A stretch of DNA of 64,000 nt. It comes from a virus. A program made the position numbers and the translations under genes. The DNA lies in IMG/VR virus record IMGVR_UViG_3300032282_006300, positions 59,831 to 123,830 of that record; one strand, written 5' to 3'. The notes beneath the pieces are model-generated. The model searched no databases, was not told the origin of the DNA, and worked only from the letters and a program-made list of their open reading frames with translations. This document shows positions 9,081 through 18,827 of this stretch, piece by piece (the stretch's first letter is position 1; each line of letters begins with the position of its first letter).

Positions 9081-9806
9081 TTAACTTTCTATGATTTCTG
9101 CATCTTGGATTGGCTCAATTGCAACTATTTTTTGAGCCTGAGTAATTGCGTCTTGATTTAGTTTTTCTCGCAAAGCAAGCATGATTGGATGTTGCTCAAT
9201 CTCTCGCCCGTATTCGGATAACATATCAATTGGAATATAGCGCATCGCTACATCCATGTGAACCATGAGAACATCGCGCCAAACTTGAACGTCAACGTTT
9301 TCATCCATATCTTTGTCTAGTTGTTGAAGCAGTCGGGCCGCCGCAATAACTTCTGTAACTGAGGGTTCAGCGGTGCCGTCACGCAACATCTCATAGCCAC
9401 GTTGAACAATCATCCGGGCTACAAGAGTTTTGTCTACAACAACGTCTTCATCTTCTGATAGATTTTGACCAATTGCCTCTCGGTGTTGATCAAGCATTGC
9501 TTGTCGCAATTCGTCGGTAAGAGACAAATGCTTATTTTTTCTGTGCGAAGCAATAGATTCCGCACTGGGAAAATCAATGGGGTCTTCCCCAGCAATGGTA
9601 GTGAAAGGCCTCAAGTGTCCTAAAATTGTCGGAGCAGACAATCCCGAAGCAAGTCCTTCTTCGATCTGGTCACGGTAAGGACTTTGACAAGTGTGGCATT
9701 GAGGCACACTTCTTTTGGTTTCATAAATACGATTGCCTGGAAGTGCTGTTCGCACTAAAGAATTGATTGTAAAATCTTCATCATCGCTCATTTTGATTAA
9801 GTCCAA
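9081..9806 (-). CDS. Hypothetical DNA-binding protein, possible terminase small subunit
   Basis: CHTC followed by an HTH-like segment and helical body, upstream of terL. The function is inferred from position. Confidence 0.45.
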   Translation of the reverse strand: MDLIKMSDDEDFTINSLVRTALPGNRIYETKRSVPQCHTCQSPYRDQIEEGLASGLSAPTILGHLRPFTTIAGEDPIDFPSAESIASHRKNKHLSLTDELRQAMLDQHREAIGQNLSEDEDVVVDKTLVARMIVQRGYEMLRDGTAEPSVTEVIAAARLLQQLDKDMDENVDVQVWRDVLMVHMDVAMRYIPIDMLSEYGREIEQHPIMLALREKLNQDAITQAQKIVAIEPIQDAEIIES

Positions 9807-10120
9807 ATATCATAAGTAAATGAGCCCGCCGAATCGTAATCAACTTTTGTTGATTTTCTAGCGCCTCCGGGAACACCATCAACACTATTTAAATGAGGCT
9901 TTGTTCTGTTGATAGTTCGGTGGAACATGCCCGAACGAGTAGATGAATCTGGTGAACCACTACTTGTGTAAACTTCTTTTGATTTGCGGTTTTGTTCTTT
10001 CCACGGAGTCAAAATATCGCTTTTTGCACTCTGGCTGGTTACGCCTTCCAAAGATTCTTTAATCAAGCGATTTGCTTCTTCTTCTAATTGGGGGTGGATA
10101 CCTGAACGAACATAGTTCAT
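9797..10120 (-). CDS. Hypothetical protein
   Basis: 107-aa ORF, ATGA-coupled to the upstream gene. Confidence 0.6.
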   Translation of the reverse strand: MNYVRSGIHPQLEEEANRLIKESLEGVTSQSAKSDILTPWKEQNRKSKEVYTSSGSPDSSTRSGMFHRTINRTKPHLNSVDGVPGGARKSTKVDYDSAGSFTYDIWT

Positions 10121-10467
10121 AAGTTTACCTTTGCTTTTTCGGAATATCGAATAAGTTCTTTATTTTCGATCATGACGCATAATCGTTTCAATCCATCGGT
10201 TGCATACATAGCAACAGGATTAGTATCTGATACACCCATCATTCGTGCGACTTCTTTTTCTTTGATATTTTCATAAAGAAAAAGTTCAATGGCTTCTTGT
10301 TGACGTGGCGCCAATCTGTCTCTGCACGAATAAATATACTGAACATCAAAAAGGCAATAATCTAAACCGTCAGGTCCCAGGATAACTTCCGGTACTTCAG
10401 AAGCCTCATACAACGATTCCCAAGATTGAAGATTTCTCAATAATTCTCTGAGAATTCTTACTTCCAC
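10117..10467 (-). CDS. Sigma70 region-4-like HTH transcription factor
   Basis: RLAPRQQEAIELFLYENIKEKEVARMMGVS...GLKRL matches the sigma r4 pattern; no region 2 seen. Confidence 0.75.
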   Translation of the reverse strand: MEVRILRELLRNLQSWESLYEASEVPEVILGPDGLDYCLFDVQYIYSCRDRLAPRQQEAIELFLYENIKEKEVARMMGVSDTNPVAMYATDGLKRLCVMIENKELIRYSEKAKVNL

Positions 10468-10584
10468 TTGTTACCAGCGTCACCTTCCCTGGCTCCGTAA
10501 ATTGATCCCCCTGTAGTCGGAGGTTGTGTATATCACTGTGCTAATACTAAGGGTAGTTCTACCTTTTACGCAAGGCGAGAAATA

Positions 10585-11253
10585 TCAATATGTCAACGTG
10601 TCTTTGAGCCTTTGTCCAAGAAGTTCTAAGATCCCAACAATGGCATCAGCCCTCTTGGAAAGAAGGGTTCTAAAAATGGCAAAATAACGTTCATCTTGAG
10701 AATAAAGACGGCCTTTTTGTGTGCGATCATCAACCGTCAAACGACCTTCAGGAATGCTAAAACCAAGAGCGAGCGCCTCTTCCCATTGAGCCTTTGCAAA
10801 CATGGCTTCTCCCCACAAATCTGCAGAAGTTTGCTTCCATTCGAACAAACCTGTGGTAATCCTGAACAAGAAATTCTCTTTTTGCCGATCTGTTAAAACA
10901 GAATAATCTTCAATGTAAGATCCAGCATCGTTTCTTTTCCACACAGGCAGTCCATAACGATCTACAGTAATTTCACCTGTTTCTGGATTGTATTCTTTTT
11001 CTCGGATCAGTTCCCAGACATCGTTCATCACAATAAAAGGTTCTGGCAATAATTTCAAAATCTGGGTATCCACGATGTTCTTTATATCATTGATTTTTTC
11101 CCGATCTTGGCCTCCCCAAGCGGTCCTCATACGAGAAAATCCCGGGGTTTTAAGTTCTTTGGTCTCGTCCTCGTGGACGCGAACTTCAGTTAGCCGATCT
11201 GATTCTTTTGAAATTTCGGCAACAACTTGGTCCATCGTTTTTTCATCGCTCAT
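10585..11253 (-). CDS. Hypothetical helical protein
   Basis: 222-aa ORF in the operon. Confidence 0.65.
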   Translation of the reverse strand: MSDEKTMDQVVAEISKESDRLTEVRVHEDETKELKTPGFSRMRTAWGGQDREKINDIKNIVDTQILKLLPEPFIVMNDVWELIREKEYNPETGEITVDRYGLPVWKRNDAGSYIEDYSVLTDRQKENFLFRITTGLFEWKQTSADLWGEAMFAKAQWEEALALGFSIPEGRLTVDDRTQKGRLYSQDERYFAIFRTLLSKRADAIVGILELLGQRLKDTLTY

Positions 11254-11779
11254 TTTTAACCCTTAGATCGTGTAAGTAAGTCAACCCTAGCATAACCGCA
11301 TCCGAAGTGTGTTGGTTCCAGATTTTGGGTAAATTATTTTTGTCCAAACCCAGAATTTCTTCAACAGCCTTTTTAACTTCTGATTTGCTAGACCTAGTTT
11401 TTAGCCCAATTACCTTTTTTGCATGTGTATTAGAAACAGAAACAATTGGAATTTTTAATCCAATATTGTCTATCGCTTGATTGATCAAAAAAGCCGCGAG
11501 CAAAGACGATTCTGTTCTATATCCTCTAACCGCAGGCATCTCATAAATAATGGCGTCCACATTGTGTACGTGATCTGGTTCCATAAACCATTTATGAAGT
11601 TCGTTACCCAACTCTATGGCTCTTGCGATAGTAGAATCAAAACCTTTAAGTGGCTCAATTCTTTTAAAAACTTCGGTATAAATCAATTTTGGTTGATCTT
11701 TATTTTCGATAATAGCGATGCCTGTATTGCCAAGGGTTTGATCGAAAGCGATTAACTTTCCTTTAGCAAAATCATACAC
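11243..11779 (-). CDS. ruvC: RuvC-like Holliday junction resolvase
   Basis: IAFDQTLGNTG, IIYE, SKSEVKKAV, HTSDA. Start moved to GTG 11779. Confidence 0.75.
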   Translation of the reverse strand: MYDFAKGKLIAFDQTLGNTGIAIIENKDQPKLIYTEVFKRIEPLKGFDSTIARAIELGNELHKWFMEPDHVHNVDAIIYEMPAVRGYRTESSLLAAFLINQAIDNIGLKIPIVSVSNTHAKKVIGLKTRSSKSEVKKAVEEILGLDKNNLPKIWNQHTSDAVMLGLTYLHDLRVKNER

Positions 11780-12629
11780 GGTCAATGCTCCGAGTAATCT
11801 GTCGAATCTCGCAAGAAGAAGCGGCGCAATTTCGCGCTTCTTTGCTTTGAATTGCACAACAAGGCTCTGGGGGAACGCCCATCTTAACGTGGTCTCGCAC
11901 TAAACGATATTTTTGTTCCGTAGCCAAAGCCACCTCTGGGTCATATTCAATATGAAATTCTTTAGTTGACCACGGATAAGATGTGGTCATAAACAAAACA
12001 ATAAAATTGGGTAGTTTGCTCATGCGCATGTATTCTTGAACCTGAGCATTATAAACTGGATACTTCTTTTTAAATGCCTCTATGTCGTTATCTGAAATCA
12101 TTTCTAGAGACCTTGGGTTGGAAGATTTAAATTCAAATCCAGCATTCATCAGGGCTGGATTGACAATGCCATCCATGTGTCCACGACTCATCAATTCATT
12201 ATCTGCGACACCATGCTCGTAGCATTGACCCTTTTTCTTGCCAATATCCTTAGAGCAAGCAGGACACAGACCTTCTTGTGGTGCCACCAATGCCCCACAG
12301 TCAAGCAACAATCGTTCCATAAAGGCGTGCATCATAGTTCCGATGGTGACAGACATACGACCTTCTGCCGAAAAGGGTTCTGGATCCCAATTCTCTCGTT
12401 CGGTGATGTAGTAATACAATTGCCTTGCGCCCATGAGTGGGTGAGTTGATGGGTGAAACCAGCCATCAACATGGCTTGCATCAAACTTCTTTTGTTTACG
12501 GGCCGGAATTTTCATTTCGAAAGATTCATACTCGCCCTTTTTTAACTGGGCAAGCAATAAGGGCGTAAGCACCAAATTGTTGGATGTTTGGGAAATTAAT
12601 TTGCGAAATGCTGGGCTTGGCTTTGTCAT
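11772..12629 (-). CDS. Cas4/RecB-like PD-(D/E)xK exonuclease
   Basis: GTMMH, GHMDG, FEFKS, QVQEYM and C-terminal Cys cluster. Confidence 0.8.
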   Translation of the reverse strand: MTKPSPAFRKLISQTSNNLVLTPLLLAQLKKGEYESFEMKIPARKQKKFDASHVDGWFHPSTHPLMGARQLYYYITERENWDPEPFSAEGRMSVTIGTMMHAFMERLLLDCGALVAPQEGLCPACSKDIGKKKGQCYEHGVADNELMSRGHMDGIVNPALMNAGFEFKSSNPRSLEMISDNDIEAFKKKYPVYNAQVQEYMRMSKLPNFIVLFMTTSYPWSTKEFHIEYDPEVALATEQKYRLVRDHVKMGVPPEPCCAIQSKEARNCAASSCEIRQITRSIDRV

Positions 12630-12988
12630 TTTTCTACTCCATTAGCGCGGGCGATTAAAGCGGCGGCATCATGGGCATCCATGACAACGAGGTCTAAACC
12701 GATATCTAGTCTTTCTGAATCGTACCATCTTAACGCGAGCATCGGACGTTCACCATGTGCTTGTTCTACGGCTTTTTCCCACATCTCCCGGGTCACACCA
12801 ACGGACTTACCTAGCGTGCTCTTGCCGTCCCACGCAAAGGCAAATTCAACTTCCATGCGAGATGTACGGCCGTCCATTTGGTTGTGCCATTGATTGCCTG
12901 ATCCACGAGTCTGACGACCACCAAGGAGACCTACAAGATCTTCTTCGTGCTTGTCTGACATACGCCTTTTCAATTTACTATCGCTCAT
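12626..12988 (-). CDS. PD-(D/E)xK Holliday junction resolvase-like nuclease (Hjc type)
   Basis: HEEDL...GSGNQW...MDG...DGKST. Start moved to ATG 12988 (ATGA overlap). Confidence 0.65.
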   Translation of the reverse strand: MSDSKLKRRMSDKHEEDLVGLLGGRQTRGSGNQWHNQMDGRTSRMEVEFAFAWDGKSTLGKSVGVTREMWEKAVEQAHGERPMLALRWYDSERLDIGLDLVVMDAHDAAALIARANGVEK

Positions 12989-13311
12989 TGAGCAACAACT
13001 TCCGCAACACCTTCTTGACAAAAAAACAAGGGTGATGATTTTTCTGTTGCTGGCCATAGCAAAACTTTCTGGCCTGGAACCAAACGTTCTCCGTGGCAAG
13101 CGCAATAAGCCTTGTGCGAAAGAGATGATGGGCTGTAGTTCATCCAGCGAGGAGGGTTGTTTTCATTGATGGCCAAAGGCTCATCTTCAAATTCAATTTT
13201 GCTCTCTTTGTTGCTCAATTTACCAAAAGAATTAAACAAAAGGATAAAGGCAACAAAAGCCAAACTGGTGACAACACCAAGCGCAAAACCGATCAGCGTA
13301 TTATTCATCAT
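12985..13311 (-). CDS. Membrane-anchored hypothetical protein
   Basis: N-terminal TM helix and CACH motif; start at MMNN after GAGGAAG. Confidence 0.55.
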   Translation of the reverse strand: MMNNTLIGFALGVVTSLAFVAFILLFNSFGKLSNKESKIEFEDEPLAINENNPPRWMNYSPSSLSHKAYCACHGERLVPGQKVLLWPATEKSSPLFFCQEGVAEVVAQ

Positions 13312-14395
13312 CTTCCTCTTCAAAAGAATTTTCAACATCGGGGATAACAGTATTACTCATGGTTTCAACCGCGGCTTTGCGAATTTCTTCCATGACATCA
13401 GGGTTGGCTCGCAAATAATCTTTAACTTTTGAAGCACCCTGAAATTTTTCTCCATTGGGCAAAGTAAGCCAAGTAGAGCCTTGAATAACGCCAGACAATT
13501 TACCAATAGTTACGGCCTCGTCTGCACGGTCAATTCCAATAGGGCCATATTCTTCAGTGTTTTGGTTGATGATCCAAAACTCTGCTTTCTTACCCGGGGC
13601 TCCTACCTTTAACCGAGACACACGACCGGCTACAAGACGGCCAACAGCGATCTTGTCCCCATTGTCGTTAATGTAAAGAGGTGTTTCTCCAGTGCCTCGC
13701 ATTTCAACTTTGGCCGACGTTGCGTATTTAAGCGCCTTCGGACCGGCAGAAATATCTCCGCCCATACCTGAAAGGTTTGCTCGGTATTGGTTGATAAATA
13801 CAACTGCGACATTTTCTTGACGAATCACAGGAGCAATCTTTTTTACCATTCGGGTAATAACCTGAGCATTGTTGCCCATAACTGCATCTTCTGCATTTTT
13901 GTCAAACGCTTTCTTGGATTCCATGCCTCCGATTGAATCAACAATGATCATGCTGAATAATCCTGAACGACACATGCTACTGATCTGGTCTGACACATCT
14001 TCAGAATTGTCTGGATAAACGTGGAAAAAACGTTCGTCGGAAGTGTCAAGGCCATTTGCCTCAGCCCAATCCCAATCAAAAGTCTGCTCCATGTCAATGT
14101 ATCCGACAACCAGATTGGGACAGATTTTTTGAGCAGAAGCCATAGATGAAATTGCTAGGGTGGTTTTACCCACGCCCTCAACTCCAACAATTTCGCTAGA
14201 ACGACCGCGCACCCATCCGCCTACGCGAAGGGCATAATCCAAAGACAAAGAACCTGTAGGAATTACATCGTAAGGTTTGACATGCTCTCGGCGCGTCACT
14301 CGTTGTTCACCGTAAGTCTTAATCATGTCCTCTCGAAACGAGGCCAGAGAATTCGGCTTCTTGTAAGGCGCTTTTTTGGGTTTAACTGGCGGCAT
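13301..14395 (-). CDS. recA: RecA-like recombinase
   Basis: IPTGSLSLD, GVEGVGKTT, IIVDSIG, FINQYR, GPKALKY. Confidence 0.95.
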   Translation of the reverse strand: MPPVKPKKAPYKKPNSLASFREDMIKTYGEQRVTRREHVKPYDVIPTGSLSLDYALRVGGWVRGRSSEIVGVEGVGKTTLAISSMASAQKICPNLVVGYIDMEQTFDWDWAEANGLDTSDERFFHVYPDNSEDVSDQISSMCRSGLFSMIIVDSIGGMESKKAFDKNAEDAVMGNNAQVITRMVKKIAPVIRQENVAVVFINQYRANLSGMGGDISAGPKALKYATSAKVEMRGTGETPLYINDNGDKIAVGRLVAGRVSRLKVGAPGKKAEFWIINQNTEEYGPIGIDRADEAVTIGKLSGVIQGSTWLTLPNGEKFQGASKVKDYLRANPDVMEEIRKAAVETMSNTVIPDVENSFEEEDDE

Positions 14396-17300
14396 ATTGT
14401 TCCTCTATTTTTAACGGCATCAATGATTGCATCGTTGCGCCTTTTTCGGTTTTCTTGATTTCAACCACAAAGAGTTCACCCTTTGTGAGGTATTGCTGGT
14501 ATTGACGAAAATTTCCGGGGAAAATTGCAAAATCTACACTATCGGATTCTGTGTCTAATGTACAGAAAGCCATAGGATCGCCCTTGCTGGTCTTTGTGAA
14601 GGACACACGGGATAGTATGCCTCCCACCACGAAACTGCCTGTAAACGCCATCTGTGCCTTCTCAGCGGCATCTCTGAGGACCGCCCTGTGTTCTGGATCA
14701 AAAACCTCAAATGGGGTACTCGTGAGATAGATGCCCAACAATTCTTCCTCAATGTGGCGAATCTCAACCTTTGAATAGTTGGACAGATCCTCAGCCAAAA
14801 TCAAATCTGGCGCGGTGTAATTACGGCAAGCCAAAGAACAACGCTTAGGTGGGGCTTTGGGCTTTAAAACCTTGCCATTTCTTGGGTTAACTGGTACTGG
14901 CTCCGATGCCCAATCAAAAGAGCAAGGAAGGTTGTGTTCGTTAAGAACATCTGATTTTGAAATACAACGCTTATCCAACCCAGCCTTTTTATCCTCAAGC
15001 ATCTTTACCAGAGCGCGACGATTGGGTACGAGTGCGTCAAAAGCACCGATCTTGGCAAGCAGAAAACCAACCGCGGAATTTGCGCCACTACGTTCCTCAA
15101 AATCTTCCCAAGAAAAATAGGGCTGGTTTTTTACAATATTTTCAACAGCGGCCGGTCCAATGCCTTTAACTGAATCAATTCCATACAAAACAGAATTGCC
15201 AATGGCTCGAAAACCAGACTTGGACTGGTTAATGTCTGGTGGCAATACGTCAATGCCCAACTTCTGTGCCTCTTTGACAAATTCTGGAATACGGGTTTTA
15301 TCAACCGTGCTGAACACACCGGAAAGAAATTCAATTGGGTAATTGTACTTTAGCCATGCGCACCAATATGCCAAAATCGCATATCCGTAAGCGTGGGCGC
15401 GATTAAACGAATATTTTGCAAACTCAGCCATCTGGCTCCAAAGAGCCTCGGCTTGAACTTTATTCATTCCATTTTCTACAGCGCGGGAAACAAACTCTTT
15501 ACCCGCGGCTTCTACTTCATCAACCTTCTTCTTACCGAGAATCTTGCGTACGCCGTCTGCCTCGTTAGAGTCATAGTTGGCAAGGATCATGCAAGTTTGC
15601 ATAATGTCTTCTTGATAAATCAAAGCACCGTAAGTCTTTGACAAAACCTGAGCCAAACGTGGGTCTGGGAACTCAACCGGGATATCTCCGTCCCTACGTT
15701 TTAAATACAAATCCGTCAATCCAGAATTCATCGGGCCCGGACGGACAAGCGTGATCAAGTCTGCAAGTTCTGCAAGATTGCACGGACGCATTTTTTTTGA
15801 ATATTGGGTTCCTAGAGTGGTTTCAATCTGGAATAAACCCTTGGTTTGTCCCGCCGAAATCATTTCCCAAACATCGGAATTTTCATACTCTTTTGCGCCC
15901 CACTTATCAAAATTGATAATTTCACCGTGGTTCTCTTTAATCAGGTCAATGGTTTCCTGCAACGTGTCTAGGCTTCGCAAAGTCAAAAGGTCAAACTTAA
16001 TCAAACCCTGCTCTTCCAAAGCCTCCATGTCCCATTCAGCAACCATCTGGCCGTTTTCATCATCGCCATTACGTAAAGGCAATGTTCCAGTCAAAGGCTC
16101 TTCGGTTGAAATAACGACACCTGCGGCGTGTTTGCCATAGGTCTTTAAACGGCCTACAAGAGCGTCAGACATATCAAAAAGTTCTGGATACTTCTGGCGG
16201 TACACAGACAACTCGGTCTCGTGTACGCTCCACAACTCGTCCCAAGGCAATCCCAAACCAGCAGTGCCACGCTCTGCTTCTTCCACAAATTTAGAAAAAG
16301 CCTCAATGTCTGGAAAGTAATTGGAAGGCAAAGTGCTCTTTAACGCTCTGGCAACGTCTTTTACAACGCCCTTGCTCTTGAGCCTTAGATGGGTTCCAAC
16401 GGTAACAACGTGGTCTTCTCCGTACCGACTGCTGACATAAGAAAGCAATTCGGCTTTTTTAGATGCAGGAAAGTCTACGTCAAAGTCTGGAAGGCTTGTT
16501 CGCCCTTCTGTCAAAAATCGCTCAAACAACAAGTCTGATTCGACTGGATCAATGCCTGTGATTCCCATCAAATAAGCAACCAACGAGCCACCGCCTGAAC
16601 CACGGCCCGGCCCAACAAGAATGCCCTGCTCTTTTGCCCAACGACAATAATCTGCGACCATCAAAAAATAACCACAAAAGTTCTTATCAATAAGTAACTT
16701 GGCTTCACGTTCAAAACGTTGAATGTAGATTTCTTGAGACTCTCGTTTGCCTTCGGTCTTCTTTTCCCAAGATTCTAAACACATATCTACTAAACGCTCA
16801 GCATCACGATCTGTTCCTCCGACCTTGGAGTAAGTAGGCGTGGTCTTCTTAGTTACCATCTTTGCTTCACACATATCAGCGATTCGCTGGGTGTTAGCAA
16901 TAGCCTCGTCAACAGCATCTTGATCTAAATACGAAAGATTATTTCGCACTTCTTCTTCGGTTTGCAAATATGCGTGCAAATCTTCGCCAAATAATTCTCG
17001 CTCGTCGTTTACATCCTTGTTTGTCTGACAAGCAATCCAAACATCGTGAGACTGCTTGTGTTCATGTGTTGGGTAATGGGAATCAACTACGGCCACTAAA
17101 GGAACCTTGAACTCCCTGCTTAAACCCACAAGTGCTTTATTGACTACAAACTGCTTTTCTAATTGGTTGGAATGAATTTCCAAATAAAGGCGATCATCAA
17201 AAATATTCAACAATCGGGCGAGATTTGCTCGCGTAGTATCTTCATCACCCGCCAGAATGGGAACACTCAAAGGTCCTCGCAAACAAGCAGTGGAAACAAT

Positions 17301-17783
17301 GACGCCTTCTGAATGGCGTTCTAAAGTGTCCCAATCAATCCGAGGGCGGTAATAAAAACCTTCGCGGTAACCTTCTGTTGACATAGCCCAAATATTTTGC
17401 AAACCAATTTGGTTCTGGGCCAATAAAATAAGATGCTGATATCCGTGTTGCAATTCCTTTTGTTGTTCCTTTTGCTTTTCTACTGCAATCTCGTGCTCAC
17501 GCTTAGTGGCAAACTCTTTAACGGCAGGTCGCGGTAAAGGGCGAACAATACGGTCATTTACAAAATATGCCTCAATGCCAAAAATGGGCTTGAGGCCAAA
17601 ACTGTCTGCAACTTTTTGCAATTGGGGGTGACCGGCGCATGTGCCGTGGTCTGTTATGGCAAAAGCATTCTGGCCGTTCTTTTTGACCTGCTCTGCGATC
17701 TCAGCAATTTTAGAAAGTCCATCAAGTGGACTGTATTCACTGTGAGTGTGAAGGTGTACGAAACTCATATTCTCATCCATCAT
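14382..17783 (-). CDS. dnaE: DNA polymerase III alpha subunit
   Basis: PHP domain HLHTHSEYS, GPGRGSGGGS, PDFDVD, KFDLL, YSFNRAHA and C-terminal OB fold. Confidence 0.95.
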   Translation of the reverse strand: MMDENMSFVHLHTHSEYSPLDGLSKIAEIAEQVKKNGQNAFAITDHGTCAGHPQLQKVADSFGLKPIFGIEAYFVNDRIVRPLPRPAVKEFATKREHEIAVEKQKEQQKELQHGYQHLILLAQNQIGLQNIWAMSTEGYREGFYYRPRIDWDTLERHSEGVIVSTACLRGPLSVPILAGDEDTTRANLARLLNIFDDRLYLEIHSNQLEKQFVVNKALVGLSREFKVPLVAVVDSHYPTHEHKQSHDVWIACQTNKDVNDERELFGEDLHAYLQTEEEVRNNLSYLDQDAVDEAIANTQRIADMCEAKMVTKKTTPTYSKVGGTDRDAERLVDMCLESWEKKTEGKRESQEIYIQRFEREAKLLIDKNFCGYFLMVADYCRWAKEQGILVGPGRGSGGGSLVAYLMGITGIDPVESDLLFERFLTEGRTSLPDFDVDFPASKKAELLSYVSSRYGEDHVVTVGTHLRLKSKGVVKDVARALKSTLPSNYFPDIEAFSKFVEEAERGTAGLGLPWDELWSVHETELSVYRQKYPELFDMSDALVGRLKTYGKHAAGVVISTEEPLTGTLPLRNGDDENGQMVAEWDMEALEEQGLIKFDLLTLRSLDTLQETIDLIKENHGEIINFDKWGAKEYENSDVWEMISAGQTKGLFQIETTLGTQYSKKMRPCNLAELADLITLVRPGPMNSGLTDLYLKRRDGDIPVEFPDPRLAQVLSKTYGALIYQEDIMQTCMILANYDSNEADGVRKILGKKKVDEVEAAGKEFVSRAVENGMNKVQAEALWSQMAEFAKYSFNRAHAYGYAILAYWCAWLKYNYPIEFLSGVFSTVDKTRIPEFVKEAQKLGIDVLPPDINQSKSGFRAIGNSVLYGIDSVKGIGPAAVENIVKNQPYFSWEDFEERSGANSAVGFLLAKIGAFDALVPNRRALVKMLEDKKAGLDKRCISKSDVLNEHNLPCSFDWASEPVPVNPRNGKVLKPKAPPKRCSLACRNYTAPDLILAEDLSNYSKVEIRHIEEELLGIYLTSTPFEVFDPEHRAVLRDAAEKAQMAFTGSFVVGGILSRVSFTKTSKGDPMAFCTLDTESDSVDFAIFPGNFRQYQQYLTKGELFVVEIKKTEKGATMQSLMPLKIEEQYAAS

Positions 17784-17850
17784 TAGTGGGGGCTAACCCT
17801 ATCCCCGCAAGCATAACACACAAGCAGGGATAGGGGAAGCCTATCCACTA
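17784..17850 (-). promoter_or_regulatory. Long RNA hairpin spanning the ssb-dnaE gap
   Basis: UAGUGG..GGCU..CCCUAUCCCUGC pairs with GCGGGGAUAGGG..AGCC..CCACUA; no U tract follows. Confidence 0.6.
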
Positions 17851-18795
17851 ATCAATTTCGGGGCGGTAGCCCTTCATGCGCTCGCGGATGCTGGCCAACT
17901 TGTCTGTGTCCACATCGTTGGTGGCTTCTACTTCTTCCGTTACGGAAACGACCACATCAACTGCAGGAGCAGGCTTGCTGGTAACAATGCCTCCGGGAAC
18001 AAAATAGCGATCATAGTATTCATCGCTGGCGCGGTATCCGACAATCTCCGGCAAGGAAATCTTCTGTTCGGTCAAAGCGGTTTCGTAACGCTTCCAACCT
18101 TCAGATCCTGGCTTCAGTTTGCTTTCATCCTGGCGAATGAAAGTGTAAGAGGTGTCAATACTGCTACCGTCACGACGAACAATGAAATCGCGATCAAGAA
18201 TAGATCCGGTTTCTTGGTAGATGGCATCAAGGTTCTTGAAAAAAGTACCCAAAGCCTGATTGATGACAACAATGCGTGGTTCAATGCGAATCTCGCCAGA
18301 AGGCTTGCCATCTGGACCATAGACTTCTACTTCGCGCATTGCATCAGTAAACCCAATTGGCTTACCCTTCATCTTTTCGCCACCGAGTTCTTCGGTGCCA
18401 TCACCAAGTACACGCTCGCGAACAACAGCCAACGCCCAAATGCGGGACTTCGGCTTGGGAGTGTTGCCCCAATTGTCCTTGAGGTTATCTACGTTCTGGC
18501 AGATGTAGCACTCGTCGTAAATGCCATTGAATGCGCCATCAAGACGACACACAGAAGACATTGAAGACGGCCACTTGCCGGTGTAACCAGCAGGTGGGTT
18601 GGTGGTGGGAACAGACATGTGCATGTTCACGTTGATCAGTTCATCACCTTCGGTGATAAAACGCATACCTGTTGACTCGCCATCCTTCAGACTGAAGAAC
18701 TCGAGTCGTGGTGAGAAAGACTTGGTTTTGGCGGACGAAGTCTGCGTAATACCTCGGTTGAAATTTGGTGCGGTTTCTAACTCAGTTGCGGTCAT
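17848..18795 (-). CDS. Single-stranded DNA-binding protein (gp32-like), putative
   Basis: FFSLKDGES..RF, CR...CYIC Zn motif, DRDFIVRRDG...TSY and acidic tail; next to the polymerase. Confidence 0.6.
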   Translation of the reverse strand: MTATELETAPNFNRGITQTSSAKTKSFSPRLEFFSLKDGESTGMRFITEGDELINVNMHMSVPTTNPPAGYTGKWPSSMSSVCRLDGAFNGIYDECYICQNVDNLKDNWGNTPKPKSRIWALAVVRERVLGDGTEELGGEKMKGKPIGFTDAMREVEVYGPDGKPSGEIRIEPRIVVINQALGTFFKNLDAIYQETGSILDRDFIVRRDGSSIDTSYTFIRQDESKLKPGSEGWKRYETALTEQKISLPEIVGYRASDEYYDRYFVPGGIVTSKPAPAVDVVVSVTEEVEATNDVDTDKLASIRERMKGYRPEID

Positions 18796-18827
18796 GATAT
18801 TCCTTCATTTTTAGACAGATTGAATCA

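Noticed and set aside
11772-12629. CRISPR-Cas locus suggested by the Cas4-like gene
   Set aside because: No other cas genes and no repeat-spacer array were seen; stand-alone Cas4-like nucleases are common in phage recombination modules.
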